A DNA stretch of 64,000 nucleotides from the NCBI RefSeq assembly GCF_964355755.1, contig NC_092675.1, positions 10,535,812 to 10,599,811 of the forward strand. Direction: 5' to 3'. Origin of the DNA: Antedon mediterranea. Taxonomy: Eukaryota > Animalia > Echinodermata. A model generated the notes under the pieces. That model did not search any database. It was not told the origin of the DNA and saw only the letters and a program-made list of their open reading frames with translations. Numbering within the stretch: the first letter of the stretch is position 1; each line of letters starts with the position of its first letter. Position numbers and translations under genes: made by a program. Positions 25,716 to 38,820 of the stretch are shown in pieces.

Positions 25716-27089
25716 GTAATACGAATGCATTATTCTGAATACTAAACATACTATTATTGTTATCACAGTTATTAATAATTATAATAAGTTGCTATTCTTA
25801 TTTATTACTATTAGTGATTTTTCTGTTCTGTGTACCGATTAACTAAAACATTTAATTGATTTTCACAATATTTATCTCATTATAAAACTTGTCCATAATA
25901 AGCTTTTCAGCATGATCACTCAACCGCAGCGTTCATTGATCTATTGTATAAATCTTGATTTTGTATTATCTCAAAAAGTTGAATCGCAATAATTTTCAAT
26001 ATCTTTCACATAATAAAATCTGGCCATACTAAGCTTTTGAGCGTGGTCAGTAATTAACCGTGATGTTATAACGTTTAATTTAATTACACCATTCATTCTG
26101 TGAAACTATAACAAGTATCTAAAATAGATAGGCCACAGTCTGTTTTTATACAAATTTGCATTAAATTGCCCATTGGAAAGCGCACGATGTTCTAAGTTCC
26201 ACGTGCACGTGCCGTATCTGAAATTCTTGGAAACGAAAGCAATTTACTACAAAGGGTATGAAGAACAAAATATCACCGTTTGCGTTAATTACGTGCTATG
26301 CGCAAAAAGTTCGCACATTACTTAAACAATTTGAAAAATTTCTAAATCCTGATGTTGAGCATTTAATTTTTAGTTCAATTAATTAATATCTGACAAGTAG
26401 TTATGGAAATATATACTTATATTATGAGTCATAAGGTGAATTCACAAAATTTCGTATGCGCTTCAGAGACTGAACAATAAAATACAGCTTACGAATTATA
26501 TTATCAAAACGAATAGAAAATAATTGCATTATATTTAAATTAGTTTTACAAATTTTATAATCGTTGATAATAATTATACAAATATTTCAAAAAAGAACAA
26601 ACAATCTAACATAAAATGCAATGTTGAACAAGCCAGAAAATGTGTCGGCAAACTGAATGAAAACAATTTTAAAAACTTATATATTTTCTCCCATTTGCTC
26701 ACATTGTGGAGGTCAAACTTTTCGGTTTAGATTTCAATCAGGCCAATCATTACACAAATCATCCCGTTAAGTTATTGTATTACGCTTAAAAATCTACGAA
26801 ATTTCACCGTATGGCCTATCAACTGTCTGTCGCGTCCCACAAACAAAGATGACTAGTATAGGGCCACCTTATGAGCCGATTAAATAGGACAAAGTAACTA
26901 ACGGAACGTGTGAATCCTGGTTGTATGGCTGATTACAAACACATTTTTCTCGTGGCAAAACCGGGAAAAGTGTCTGTAATTTAATATTTCTCTAATTTGG
27001 CGATTAAGTTGCCGTTGTATGTGTATAAAAAAACACCGAGTCTTGTCAATGAATTATAATACCAATATTGGTACTGTTTCTTTTTCTAG

Positions 27090-27323
<234 letters not shown>

Positions 27324-29119
27324 TGAGAACTGTGACAGTATTCATCAGGAGAGATTAATATTCAATTATCTGAAAGTAAGCCTAATAATTAGAAAGTTTT
27401 TGCACAAGTAATGTAAACGTTGACTTTAACAGATGGCAGCGTAGTTTAGCGAAAATTGTTCATTTTATTATCAATTAGTCTTATATTATAAACTAATCAG
27501 GTAAATTTTATTTTTGGTAATGTATATTTTTATGTATATTGTAACCTTATATTATTAGGATAAAGACGTGAACGTGAGCATATACTAGCATATTGATCAA
27601 TTAGACGTTACTTTGTGTGTATTTGACTACATATTTCTTGCCGTCAAGACATCTTTCTATTTTCTATTATCATTCTGATTTGTTTTGTTTCTGAATTTTC
27701 TTATTTCTATTATGAGATTTGATCAAAACATTTTAAACAACAGTATGTCCGTAAAATCTGTACGTTTACAGTATATCTGTTCCGTCTTATCCACATTTGT
27801 TCACAATTCTCTAATTTTTTCTATTTTTCAACAACATTAAACTACAGTGTTTTATCAATTGATTTTTATCTTTATGTAGCCTATATCAGAGCCATATTAT
27901 ATATATAATTATATATGGCTCTGGCCTATATGGTTACATAGCGCCCTCTAAAATATTATTTTAATCAAAGACCGTGTGTGATTGGTCAAAACTTCGCCGA
28001 AGTTTACATGTAATTCTAACATCCTGGAAAATATCGGAGATGTTTAAATCTCTCGATAAACGAATATAAATAAATATATAAATATCTTAATAATTACCGT
28101 ATATGTAAGCTTGTTTTAAAGCTATTTTTACAAATGTACTGTAGTTATTTTATTGATATTTTAAACCGTATTTTTTACCATAGGATTGTAATTTTATACG
28201 TTACTGAAAGTTTCGAACGAAGTAATAGTGGACCACCCTACGATTTACATTTATTTAGTGCATTTACGTTAAAAGGTATTACTAAATTGTTGCTTGTACA
28301 TAGATTCAATAAGTTGTTGGTTTTCGACAAGCCAGCAGCTTGTATGGCGCAATTGTGGAGTTGAAGCCCTGTGTTCAATCTTCGATGTTTTGTTTAGATA
28401 TAGTCGAGAGAGATTATTTAGAGGGTTAAGTTACGGTAAGTTATATTTAGGAAGAGAGTCGTCTGTCTTTAAACAATGTGTACTGACCTTATTTGATATA
28501 TTTTATGTAATATATGTAATGGAAAAATAAATGTGGGAGAAAAAAACCTCGTTGCAGTGATTGTGAGGAATGAAAAGACCTTGACAACAAGTTAAATTAT
28601 ATATATTAGTGTTTAATGTGATCATTATGTACTTCTTGAATATTGTTAATACTCACATTAGCCGATTAAAATACTATGTACAGTAATGATACATCCGACC
28701 TTCAATTGGCCTCTCTCAAGATGCTCTAAAAACATAGTGATTTTTTTTAAACATATTATAATAACTTTTACTGTTCTTCTCTGTGGGCAAATTTTAATGT
28801 GAAATCTATGGAATCACTAATAAAGGTGTGCGTTAAAAATGCCTTACCTGCTCCTTACTATAAACCTAGGTTATGCAGTGCCAGCACCATGTTTGTAGAA
28901 AACCACATTTTTGCTCCAGCGTAAGGTGGTGTATGGCATGTTGCGTAGGTTGGGGAGGACAGGCAATATGTCACTAAATGCATTTATGATTTTGCTCTTC
29001 CATCATCCAATCTACATGGTAGATAGATGAATCTATTGAATTAACCACGTGACTATGTGGCGTCGGTTTATTTATATATTTATATATAAACACATTAGGC
29101 ATAGAACATATATTTATAT

Positions 29120-29365
29120 AATATTTGATCTCTAGTGCGCGTGCGTACAATTGAGGGACTAGTGCTGTTCCGCCGTACCACGCCGAGAATGTTAAAGAGT
29201 CCTATCCAATCGAGTTTGGACAATACTATGAAAGCCCCAGTGGTCTAATGGACCTGCATATCAAGCAGAAGGTTCCGGGTTCGGGTCTCGGTTGAGGCGA
29301 CTTTTTCTCATTCTCACAGATTTCCTCATCTTTATCGTTCCAAATTATAATTAATTAATTAAATG
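29120..29365 (+). mobile_element. Interspersed repeat containing a tRNA-like module (other copies 54180-54450 +, 52420-52530 -)
   Basis: A-box-like GCCCCAGTGGTCTAATGG and B-box-like GGTTCGGGTC; shared flanks GACTAGTGCT and CAGATTTCCTCATCTTTATCGTT. Confidence 0.6.
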
Positions 29366-30279
29366 TCAGTATATCACCAGACATTAACTGGCGTTTGTGC
29401 TTTTTTCTTTATTTATATGAATAAAATAAAAACATACCGGTACCTTTCGTCTGCTTGTGCTGCTGATATAACGTTATTACGAGAGATCGAAATGAAAGGA
29501 CCCTAATATCGGCTTTAACTTTTTACTCACATTTGTTTGTTTATATAGCGAAAAAATACCTTACGTTAGTGAAACGTCAGATTGTTACGTGAATATTACA
29601 AAAAATATTGGATAGACACGAGCTTTTAATCTAACAAGAACATCTAGTATTGTATTATACCTATTTTGTTTTTGTTTTACCTACCTGGAATACGATTAAA
29701 GATTTTATTGTCCTCCAGAAAAACTAATTTTAAAAATCTATGGATTTTTGGAGGTTTTTTTTTTCTTTATTTAAGCGAAACCATTATTTTTTAGGACAAC
29801 GGCGAATTTTTTAAAATACAAGATGGCTTATTCAAAGTTTGATTTTATTATTTTTCATGTTTTAGTTAGGGGACAATAATATATCAAGTAGGCCTACTGT
29901 ACAGTATGCTTAAAATTATACGAATTATATTTTACCAAAATAGCGATTGCTAGTATAATCCAATACAAAACCGAAGAAAAGCACATGCAAACGTATGAAT
30001 TGTTTTACTATTCAAAGGGAAATTGAACGTGTCTAGTAGTTTTATTTACGATAATGATATTCAACCAGCTACTGGGTATTACATCTGCTGTACATGTGAG
30101 GTCCATGTATATCGTTCGTGGACTTTGTTGAAGTATATCAATATTAGTAATGCCCGACACGTCTCCCAGCACATATTGTTTGTTTTTGAGTAAACTTTGC
30201 TTCCTTTTTTCTTATTGACTGCGAACTTTGGCATAGAGCCTGTAGGTATGACGTTTTCTAAGTAACCTGATAGGTTGTA

Positions 30280-30820
30280 CTTTATATCACATGGTGATGA
30301 GGTGTTTGCGGTAACAGATGAGGGTGACGTGATGGATATTTGTATTTGCACTACCTTTGTCTACTATTATACAGATACAACCTAAAATTACACTAGATTG
30401 TCCTTAAAAGAGATAACGTGATGTGTTTGCTGTACCAGGCGGGGTTGACGTGATGGGTATCTTACAATATCACGTTATCTTGCATCACTCTTTCAATGAT
30501 ACAGGATGTGTTTGCAAACACTACACCTTTATCATACACATAAAATAATGTGTATTTAATACACAGTTGTTATTGTTTTTGTTGACATGGGTACACAGTT
30601 AAGCCTAGAGTTTTTCTTCAAACGTCCAAAGTGCCCATATCACAAATTTTGTAATTTCGGGACAATTTTTATGTAGGTAAAAATTTTAAAAAAAGTGTAC
30701 AAAAGTCAAGATCAATAGCAATATATTTCAATGTTATTTTTCCTTATAATGAAAATACTTTCCTGCTGCCCATTTCAACATTCGATCCAATTACTAGCAT
30801 CCGATTGGTTGCTGATATAG
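30280..30820. repeat. Direct repeat, copy 1 (copy 2 at ~39838-40480)
   Basis: Near-identical GGTGATGAGGTGTTTGCGGTAAC...CACCTTTATCATACACAT block; similarity extends to ATCCGATTGRTTGCTGAT. Confidence 0.85.
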
Positions 30821-30932
30821 CAGGAGAGGATCCAAGATTTTGTGAAAGGGGGCGCAAAAGAGTCCACACCAACTCAGCCCCACCATGGTTGGGGCTAAGT
30901 TGAGACGATTTTGAAAATATAACCTCTAGATG

Positions 30933-31500
30933 GTATATCATATCATATTATATCATTTATTTCGCCAATATACCGTACAGTACAAATTAAGACATAAAAA
31001 ACACATTACAAAAGTAAATCAATGAGGCCGGATTACCTAAAAGTTATAAATAAAAATAACCGTCGAGAAGCTCTCCACATCGAAATACTTACATAAAATG
31101 AATAACACACACAAAAAAAACATGAATTCCTATAAAATTGAGATAAAACTATAACATTCTGCAATTGATTTATATAAAATATTGTTAATTTAAATAGATA
31201 GAATAGAAGAAAAAATCTTTAAAATACACATATACATGTACAGTTTAAAACAGATTGGTAAGATATTTCTTAAGGCTATGCTTAAAACAGTTTATATTAA
31301 TTAATAGTTGGTCGCAGAGATCCTCCGGCAGATCTCTGAAATGTCTAACAAAAAAATTAAAAAAACAGAGGTATGAAATGAATCAGTCCGGGCTATAAAA
31401 TTATTGCGCAACTTAAGGTTATTAACATGTCTGCAATTAATAGATAAATATTTAAAAACTTTAGCATCATATAATGCGTACATAGGCCCACATTTGGTAA
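30933..31500 (-). mobile_element. 3' fragment of a CR1/L2-type LINE
   Basis: On the minus strand: RTDSFHTSVF-like ORF end and tail GGCGAAATAAATGATATAATATGATATGATA. Confidence 0.5.
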
Positions 31501-31520
31501 CAAAATCAATACATCAATAC

Positions 31521-33217
31521 CGTATCCGGATATTCACCCCCTGGACATTTACCCCCCGGACAACTACCCCCCGGACAACCACCACCTGGACCACTACCCC
31601 CTTAGGACAACTACCCCTTTAGGACAACTACCCCCCGGACAAATACTCCCCGGACAACTACCCCCTTAGGACAACAACCCCCTTAGGACAACTACCCCCT
31701 GGACAACTACCCCCCGGACAATTACCCCCTAGGAACAATTACCCCCGGACAATTACCCCCCGGACAATTACCCCCCGGACAATTACCACCCAGAAAACTA
31801 TCCCTTTAGAACACCCTAACCACCCAGACCATTCAACAACCTGACTCTGCAACTATTAATTAATAACTATATTTTAATTCGTTACTTTGACGAATTACTA
31901 TTCATTATTGTAAACAAAAGTAAAAGATTGAACATAAATATAGCCTGGTGGTATAAACTGAAGATTGTCACACGTGATCATAGGATAGTCGAACGTATTA
32001 TATAGTACTCCATGTATTTACTGTAAAGACTGGGTTCGCTAATAATAATAATAATTTTTGCGTCAGGACAATGCTTCGATAACCACTGGTCTTAAAAGAA
32101 TTAATTTTTATCTCAAATTTGTCATATATGTATTTTTGTACACTTGAAGAATAATATCACTTTTGATATTTGACCTCAATGTTCACTCACCGAATAAACG
32201 TCGATCTTTAAATAAATTCCCCTCAAATAAACGGTGACCATGTCACTCCCATGAAACATCATATGGAATAATCGGCGTCTATTTCCATTAGATTATACCC
32301 CCTCCCATTGAATAAACAACTTTCTTCCAATAAATGTCCACCTAAAAACCACCTAAACAATAAACAGCCCAGGCCGTTTTTTCAATAAATACGGTACTTT
32401 AAATCTAGCACATCTAGGGTCTAGCGTACTGTTAAACAGAATAATCGGTTAAAAACGGGTGTTTCGAAACTAGAGACCCGAGACCAGAGACCCGAGACCC
32501 AATACGAAAAGAGAGACCTAAATATACGAAAAGGGAGACCCACGTACGAAAAGGGAGACCCCACTATACGAAAAGGGAGACCTAAATATACGAAAAGGGA
32601 GACCCCACTATACGAAAAGGGAGACCCTAATATACGAAAAGGGAGACCTAAATATACGAAAAGGGAGACCAAATATACGAAAAGAGAGACCCAAATATAC
32701 GAAATGGGAGACCTAAATATACGAAAAGGGAGACCCACTATAAGAAAAGGGAGACCCCACTATACGAAAAGAGAGACCACACTATACGAAAAGGGAGACC
32801 CTAATATACGAAAAAGGGAGACCCAAATATAGGTCTCCCTTTTCGTATTGGGTCTCGTGTCAGGTCTCTAGTCTCTAGTTTCGAAACACCCGTTAAAAAC
32901 AGATGATTTCATTTTTACAGAAACCGGTCCTATATATTTGTCTACTTTTGGATTGGGGGGGGGGGGTAGTTGACCGGGGGGTAGTTGACCGGGGGGTAGT
33001 TGACCGGAGGGTAGTTATCCTAAGGGGGTAGTTGTCCTAAGGGGGTGGTTGTCCGGGGGGTAGTTGTCCGGGGGGTTGTTATCCTAAGGGGGTAGTTGTC
33101 CTAAGGGGGTAGTTGTCCGGGGGGTAGTTGTCCGGGGGGTAGTTGTCCTAAGGGGGTAGTTGTCCGGGTGGTAAACATCCGGGGGGTAACTGTCTAGGGG
33201 GTAGGTGTCCTAGAACC
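31521..33217. mobile_element. Foldback/Mutator-like non-autonomous element with tandem-repeat arms (GGACAACTACCCCCC)n ... (GGGGGGTAGTTGTCC)n
   Basis: Inverted ~300-bp arrays at 31530-31815 and 32955-33215; imperfect 9-bp TSD CATCAATAC (31512-31520) / CATAAATAC (33218-33226). Confidence 0.75.
32457..32891. mobile_element. Mutator-like MITE nested in the foldback element, with an internal 21-22-bp tandem array
   Basis: TIR GGGTGTTTCGAAACTAGAGAC; perfect 9-bp TSD GTTAAAAAC (32448-32456 / 32892-32900); about 15 copies of AAATATACGAAAAGGGAGACC. Confidence 0.85.
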
Positions 33218-33245
33218 CATAAATACCTAATACGATTGTTAATGG

Positions 33246-33464
33246 TACGGTGGCTGATTTCCGCCAAAGAAAAAAAAATTATTTTATATTAATACGACGT
33301 TATAACTCCGTATTAGGGTCTTATAACGCTGTATTAGGGCGTTATAACGCCGTATTAGGGTGTTATATCACAATAATTACGGCGTTATAACGCCCTAATT
33401 ACGGCATTATATCGCCGTATTATTATAAAATCATTTTTTTCTTTGGCGGAAATCAGCCACCATA
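33246..33464. mobile_element. Palindromic MITE
   Basis: TIR TACGGTGGCTGATTTCCGCCAAAGAAAAAAA / TTTTTTTCTTTGGCGGAAATCAGCCACCATA; internal 20-bp repeats GTTATAACGCCGTATTAGGG. Confidence 0.8.
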
Positions 33465-34781
33465 ATAATAATGGACAAAGGCGTTTCAAGAGTTCAGGGT
33501 AAGGGACACTGGCTGATCTTAGGAAGCATGTACGAGTGATCCTCATTTCGACAGATTGAAAAAAACAGCGATGTCTTTTTTAAGAAAGGGGATCTAGGCA
33601 GGTAAACCGTAATCAATATAATTATAATATAAGGTCTAACTAACGATATATATATTCGCAAATAATAGCTTTATTACGACATTTAACAATGTGCCTCACA
33701 TAACCAAACCCCAAATGAGTTTATATACGATTCAGGAATTCGTAACGGGCAATCTATCATCTCCAATAAAATAATCACATGCTTGTTCAAGACGACTGTT
33801 AGATCTTATGTGCATCACAAAACATTTGTCAGTATTTAGTAGGCCTAGCATTTTGTTCGTCACACACCAGTTGTTAATAGCATGAAGATCCAACTGTAAA
33901 ATAATTTCATCATCGGAAATGGCACTCTCAGGTTATTATAAATGTATTAAAAATTGATATTTTAAATATGAAAACTGAGGTACTAGCATATTAAAGGGTG
34001 ACATTTTCCCCATAGGCCTTTTTTGAGTAAAAGCGTCACAACAGGGCGTTTCGCGCAAGTCAGCGTTTTCACGTACATGGCGGAAAAGGGTGCTTGTCCA
34101 GGGCCGTCGACAGGACCTGTAGCGAAGCGAACTTTGTTAAATGACGCCCCAGATGGCCGGAAATGGTACTCTCGCACATCAAATTCATTATAATGACACC
34201 TCTAATTTGCAGGAAAAGACACTCTCATATGTAACATGCTACCCATTAGCAAAACGATCATACTTTTTCCCTCCAATAAACACACGTGACTAATTACAGG
34301 ACGATATAACATTTTGTTGGCGATTTCATTCACTCAGTATTTAGTTTTGATTGCATTGCGTTTAAGTTCAATGCGAACGTACATCTAGGGGAAGCGCTGA
34401 AAAAAGGGCAACATTTAATGCGTATCATTACTAAATATTTATTTACATGAATTTGTTGAAGAAATTAAATATATATATATATATAAATATAAATAGGTAT
34501 TGATACAGTTGGGTGGGTAGCCTCCTCCTCTATGATGATGATCTGTAGGTAAACAAGGCGTTCCATTTTTGATACACTTTTATTTATGCTTGGTGACTGC
34601 CAGCGATCTAAACAATCGTTCGCTGTATGGGTACGATACACGCGTCAATATCATGTTACATCCAGGGACCAAAATGCGTTTACTTTTCAGGTAAAAATAG
34701 GTAATTCATTTCGCAACTCTTAGAAATTTACAGACAGCAACGGCAATGGTGCCCTCTAATAAAAAGTAAATTAGCACGGCG

Positions 34782-36241
34782 TGTTACAACCGCTAATGTA
34801 GAAAACGCCAGCTAATGTCGAAACAACCGTTAATGTAGAACAATCCACCGCTTATGTAGTAAAACCTCCAGCTTATGTAGAAACACCAACAGCTTATGTA
34901 GTAAATAAAAATCAACACCAGCTAATGTAGAAACAGTCAACAGCTTATGTAGTAACGAAAATTGCCTCCCAGCTTATGTAGTTACTATCGCCAGCTAATG
35001 TAGAAAATGTTATATATTTTACAAAAATGTCTAATTCATGTGCAAATGCATCGATCTTTACTCAGTCTTTCCACCTCTCGTAAGCAACCAACTTTCTAAA
35101 ATGACCACACATCGTAATAAGCTACCATCTCTGTTAAGGGACCGCTTCTCATAATCGACCACGTCTCGTAAGGGATCACCTCCTCTCATAAGGGACCGCT
35201 TCTCATAATCGACCACCTTTCGTAAGCGACCACACCTCTCGTAAATGACCACCTCTTTTAAGGGACCACGACCTCTTTCTCCCTATTAACGGACCGCTTC
35301 TCATAATCGACTATCTCCCGTCACAACGACCTCTGGTAAGTGACCACCTCTATTGAACGTCCACCGTTTCTATTAAGGGACCGCTTCTTATAATCGACCA
35401 CCTCTCGTAAGTGATCACCTCTTTTAACGACCACACCTCTCGTAAGTGACCACTTCTTTTAAGGGACCACAACCTCTTTATCTCTATTAAATCTTCAATG
35501 ATGAGAAGCGGTCTCTTAACAGAGACAGTGGTCGTTCAATAGAGGTGGTCACTTTCGAGAGGTCATTGTGATGGGAGATGGTCGATTATGAGAAGCAGTC
35601 CCTTAATAGAGGTGGTGGTCCTTTAAAATAGGTCGTCACTTACGAGAGGTGGGGTCGTTAAGAGAGGTGGTCCTTTAAAAGAGTCGTCACTGACGATTAT
35701 GAGAAGCGGTCCTTTAATAGAAAGAAAGAGGTCGTGGTCCCATAAAAGAGGTGGTCACTTATGAGAGGTGTGGTCCTTAAGAAAGGTGGTCGTTTACGAG
35801 AGGTGGTCGATTATGAGAAGTGGTCCCTTATGAGAGGAGGTGATCCCTTACGAGACGTGGTCGATTATGAGAAGCGGTCCCTTAACAGAGATGTTTGCTT
35901 ACGATGTGTGGTCGTTTTAGAAAGTTGGTTGCTTACGAGAGGTGGAAAGACTGATAGCTAAGTAAAGATCGATGCATTTGCACATGAATGAGACATTTTT
36001 GTAAAATATATAACATTTTCTGCATTAGCTGGCGATAGTAACTACATAAGCTGGGAGGCAATTTTCGTTACTACATAAGCTGTTGACTGTTTCTACATTA
36101 GCTGGTGTTGATTTTTATTTACTACATAAGCTGTTGGTGTTTCTACATAAGCTGGATGTTTTACTACATAAGCGGTTGGTTGTTCTACATTAACGGTTGT
36201 TTCGACATTAGCTGGCGTTTTCTACATTAACGGTTGTAACA
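34782..36241. mobile_element. 1.46-kb palindromic (foldback) element with TGT...ACA ends, Ginger-like
   Basis: Arms of ~700 bp (AGCTWATGTAG repeats, then CGACCACCTCTCGTAAG repeats); 5-bp TSD CGGCG at 34777-34781 and 36242-36246. Confidence 0.8.
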
Positions 36242-36639
36242 CGGCGCTGAAACAATGTGTTTTAATCAAAAGTGAAAGTTCTTTACTCCTTTTTGACGCT
36301 GTTTTCTCCATTTTTTTTCCTTATGGTAGGAAGTAAAAGAAATAAAACTTGATTATTTGATTGCGGATTGAATTAATTGATTGAAAACCTAAATCAACTA
36401 CAGAAGAAAAACTGGATCCAATCATGATATAGGCCTACATCATCAACAGTTATGTATTTAATACTAGAGCCCTGCTTTATGATCAATAGAGCATTTTAGA
36501 CTATGTGTGTTACTGATTGTTAAACTATAATAATTGATAGTAAATCATTAATTATTAAATTATTAAATAGAATATCAATATTCAATGAAGAAAGAACACT
36601 AATTAAAACTGTTACGTCATCATGCATTTCTCTTTTTGA

Positions 36640-37330
36640 TACTGATACTGATATTATTTTATTGTCCATAGTAATATAAATGGAAATTCATTTGAAACTA
36701 ACATGAAAAATATTTTAAAAACAAAGATAGGCCTATACTATACAAATTCAACTAAATACACAAATATACATTAAAAGCTAGGTTAAGTATATAAAGATTA
36801 AAAGCTTTTATCATAAAATTATAAAAACATTAAAAATACAATATTAAAAAGGAAGAATTGCACAATGATATGTTAACACTACAGTTTCCTATCTTTTTTT
36901 GCCGTGAGTTTACCAAATGTATGACGTTGGCTATAAAGGCGTAACGTGATCGGTTTGTTCTTTTCTTGGGGACACAAAGCCTACCACTTCGGGATCAAAT
37001 AAACTGATCATTTAGGGGATGACTGACATCACCCATTATACGCAACGCCGTCTGTATTGAAATATCATTATATAATTCATCCAGGCAGATTGGCATATCG
37101 CCTATAAGTTTACCAGCTCTTTTCACAATTTGATTTAGTCTTTTTTTATCTTAGTTACAAATCAGACAGTAAGATATACACTTTGGATCCTCGTTGTATA
37201 AAACAACTTCATAATAGTGATATCAATATTGAGCGTTTTTTTTTCATTTTTTTGTTTCGAGATTTAAAATTATGGTATATTCATTCATCAATACACTTTC
37301 TTTCCATCAATTAATACAGGTCCCATAAAA
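36640..37330 (-). mobile_element. Degenerate 3' fragment of a Rex1/Babar-like LINE
   Basis: Minus-strand tail GGACAATAAAATAATATCAGTATCAGTATC; residual RSGRL...RTNRSRYAFI-like C-terminal RT-ORF motifs. Confidence 0.45.
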
Positions 37331-37625
37331 AGAAAAAAAGAACATAGTATAGTTTACAATATCTTCTATAGCCTACTTGTATGTTATGATTTTATATAAA
37401 TCAATTGTTCATATTTTTATAATAGATATTAAAATATGTTCCTCTTCATTTCTATTATGAGAATGCCCCCGTTTTAGAAATTCTTGTAAAATAACATTCA
37501 TACTGGTTTGCTTCATATTTTATGACAGCACAGTAAACTCTAATTCCAACGTTCAGAGAAAATGTGACGTGAATATTCTGAATGTCGGAAACGCCTACAT
37601 GTCAACACTATTGTATTTTATACGT

Positions 37626-37830
37626 TTTATTTACCTCCGCCAAGGAGGTATATGTAATCTATCGCGTGTGTTTGTTTGTTTGTTAGCAGGATTACTCAAA
37701 AAGTAATTACAAGATCTTTCCCAAAATGAAAATACAGATTGATATGTGGTCAAGGACCACTCCATTTTTGGAGGCAATCTGTACCACGGTCCCAATTCTG
37801 GACCACTATTTTTTCGAAAACTACTTGTCC
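37626..37830 (+). mobile_element. HINE/DINE-like element 5' part, family B (related end on the minus strand at ~21056-21093)
   Basis: TTTACCTCCGCCAAGGAGGTA terminal palindrome followed by (GTTT)n GTTAGCAGGATTACTCAAAAAG. Confidence 0.6.
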
Positions 37831-37939
37831 AAAAAAATCTTCATTTTTATACAAGAGACAAGAATTATATTTTGTGATTTAGTCAATCTAATGTAGAAGA
37901 ATTTTACAGTAGGCGGCTTTCTAGTTTACTTATTGAACT

Positions 37940-38820
37940 GAAACTACCGTACTCTCTATTTGACTCCAGTCTAATAAGCTCACTCTTAATTCAGCAAAAC
38001 TAAATATAGGCTTCTAGGGTTTCCTTCTAAGCTAAGAGCTAACAACTGTAATCCCGTAGCCAGGGGTTCGAGGGTTCGAACGAACCACACACACCCCCTA
38101 AAATGCCCTTTTAAGTTTAAAACAGGCCTAGTAGCTGGGCCCATATGGCATGACGATTTGTTGGGAATTCTGTATAGCCAACAGGCACATTTCTTTTACT
38201 ATATTACTAGCCTAGGCTAAAGATCGTCTCCTGAAAGAGCTAATAATCCCGCCATTTCCAGTGTATTTTCAATTGCCCTCTTTTTATTTTAAAACGCACG
38301 GTGTGGGTGTGATGGTCGACTGATCCTGGCTTCAACAATAAGATTTAAAGAGATTGGCTAAAAATACTTAGTATGTCTATTCTTGCTTACCTAAGGAGTT
38401 CTAATTTGCAACTCCCTGCTTTTACTCGATCTTTCTTGCGTCCGGCTGCGGTGTATCTATATTTTCTACCAAAAAAACCTGATATAAAAGACCGAGCACC
38501 TATGCCAGTTCTGACCTATGCGCTCAATTTTTCAAAAGTTCTGGTGGGTAAGAACAACATTGGTGTCTAATTCATGATATTTAAGTAATATTAATATTTG
38601 CTAAATAGTAAATAAAGTGTGGGGGAGGAGGCGTGGGAGCTGGTACACCCGAGGAAGTGCACCCTGTAAAAAATCCTGGCTGCGGCATTGAACTCAAATT
38701 ACCTCAGTCTTGATAACTCTCCTATCCAATCTGTTACCTCTCATAAACACCTTGGTATTATCACTGATAATACTCTTACCTGAAAATCCCATATCTCGTT
38801 GCTCTGCAAAAAACTAACTC
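37940..38820 (+). mobile_element. CR1-type RT relic split by a hAT-like MITE (~38050-38690)
   Basis: SNKLTLNSAK before and VTSHKHLGIITDNTLT*KSHI after; insert ends AATCCCGTAGCCAGG / CCTGGCTGCGGCATT. Confidence 0.55.

Noticed and set aside
30079-30351. Minus-strand ORF as an exon of a duplicated gene
   Set aside because: No recognisable domain; the adjoining duplicated sequence has stops, and the copies differ by frame-breaking indels.
32500-32830. CRISPR-like array / repetitive ORF 32421-32738
   Set aside because: Contiguous tandem repeats without unique spacers, inside a TIR/TSD-bounded MITE; no cas genes; eukaryotic context.
35058-35961. Mirror-image ORFs 35058-35252 (-) and 35761-35961 (+)
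   Set aside because: By-products of the palindromic repeat arms; no domain or splice support.
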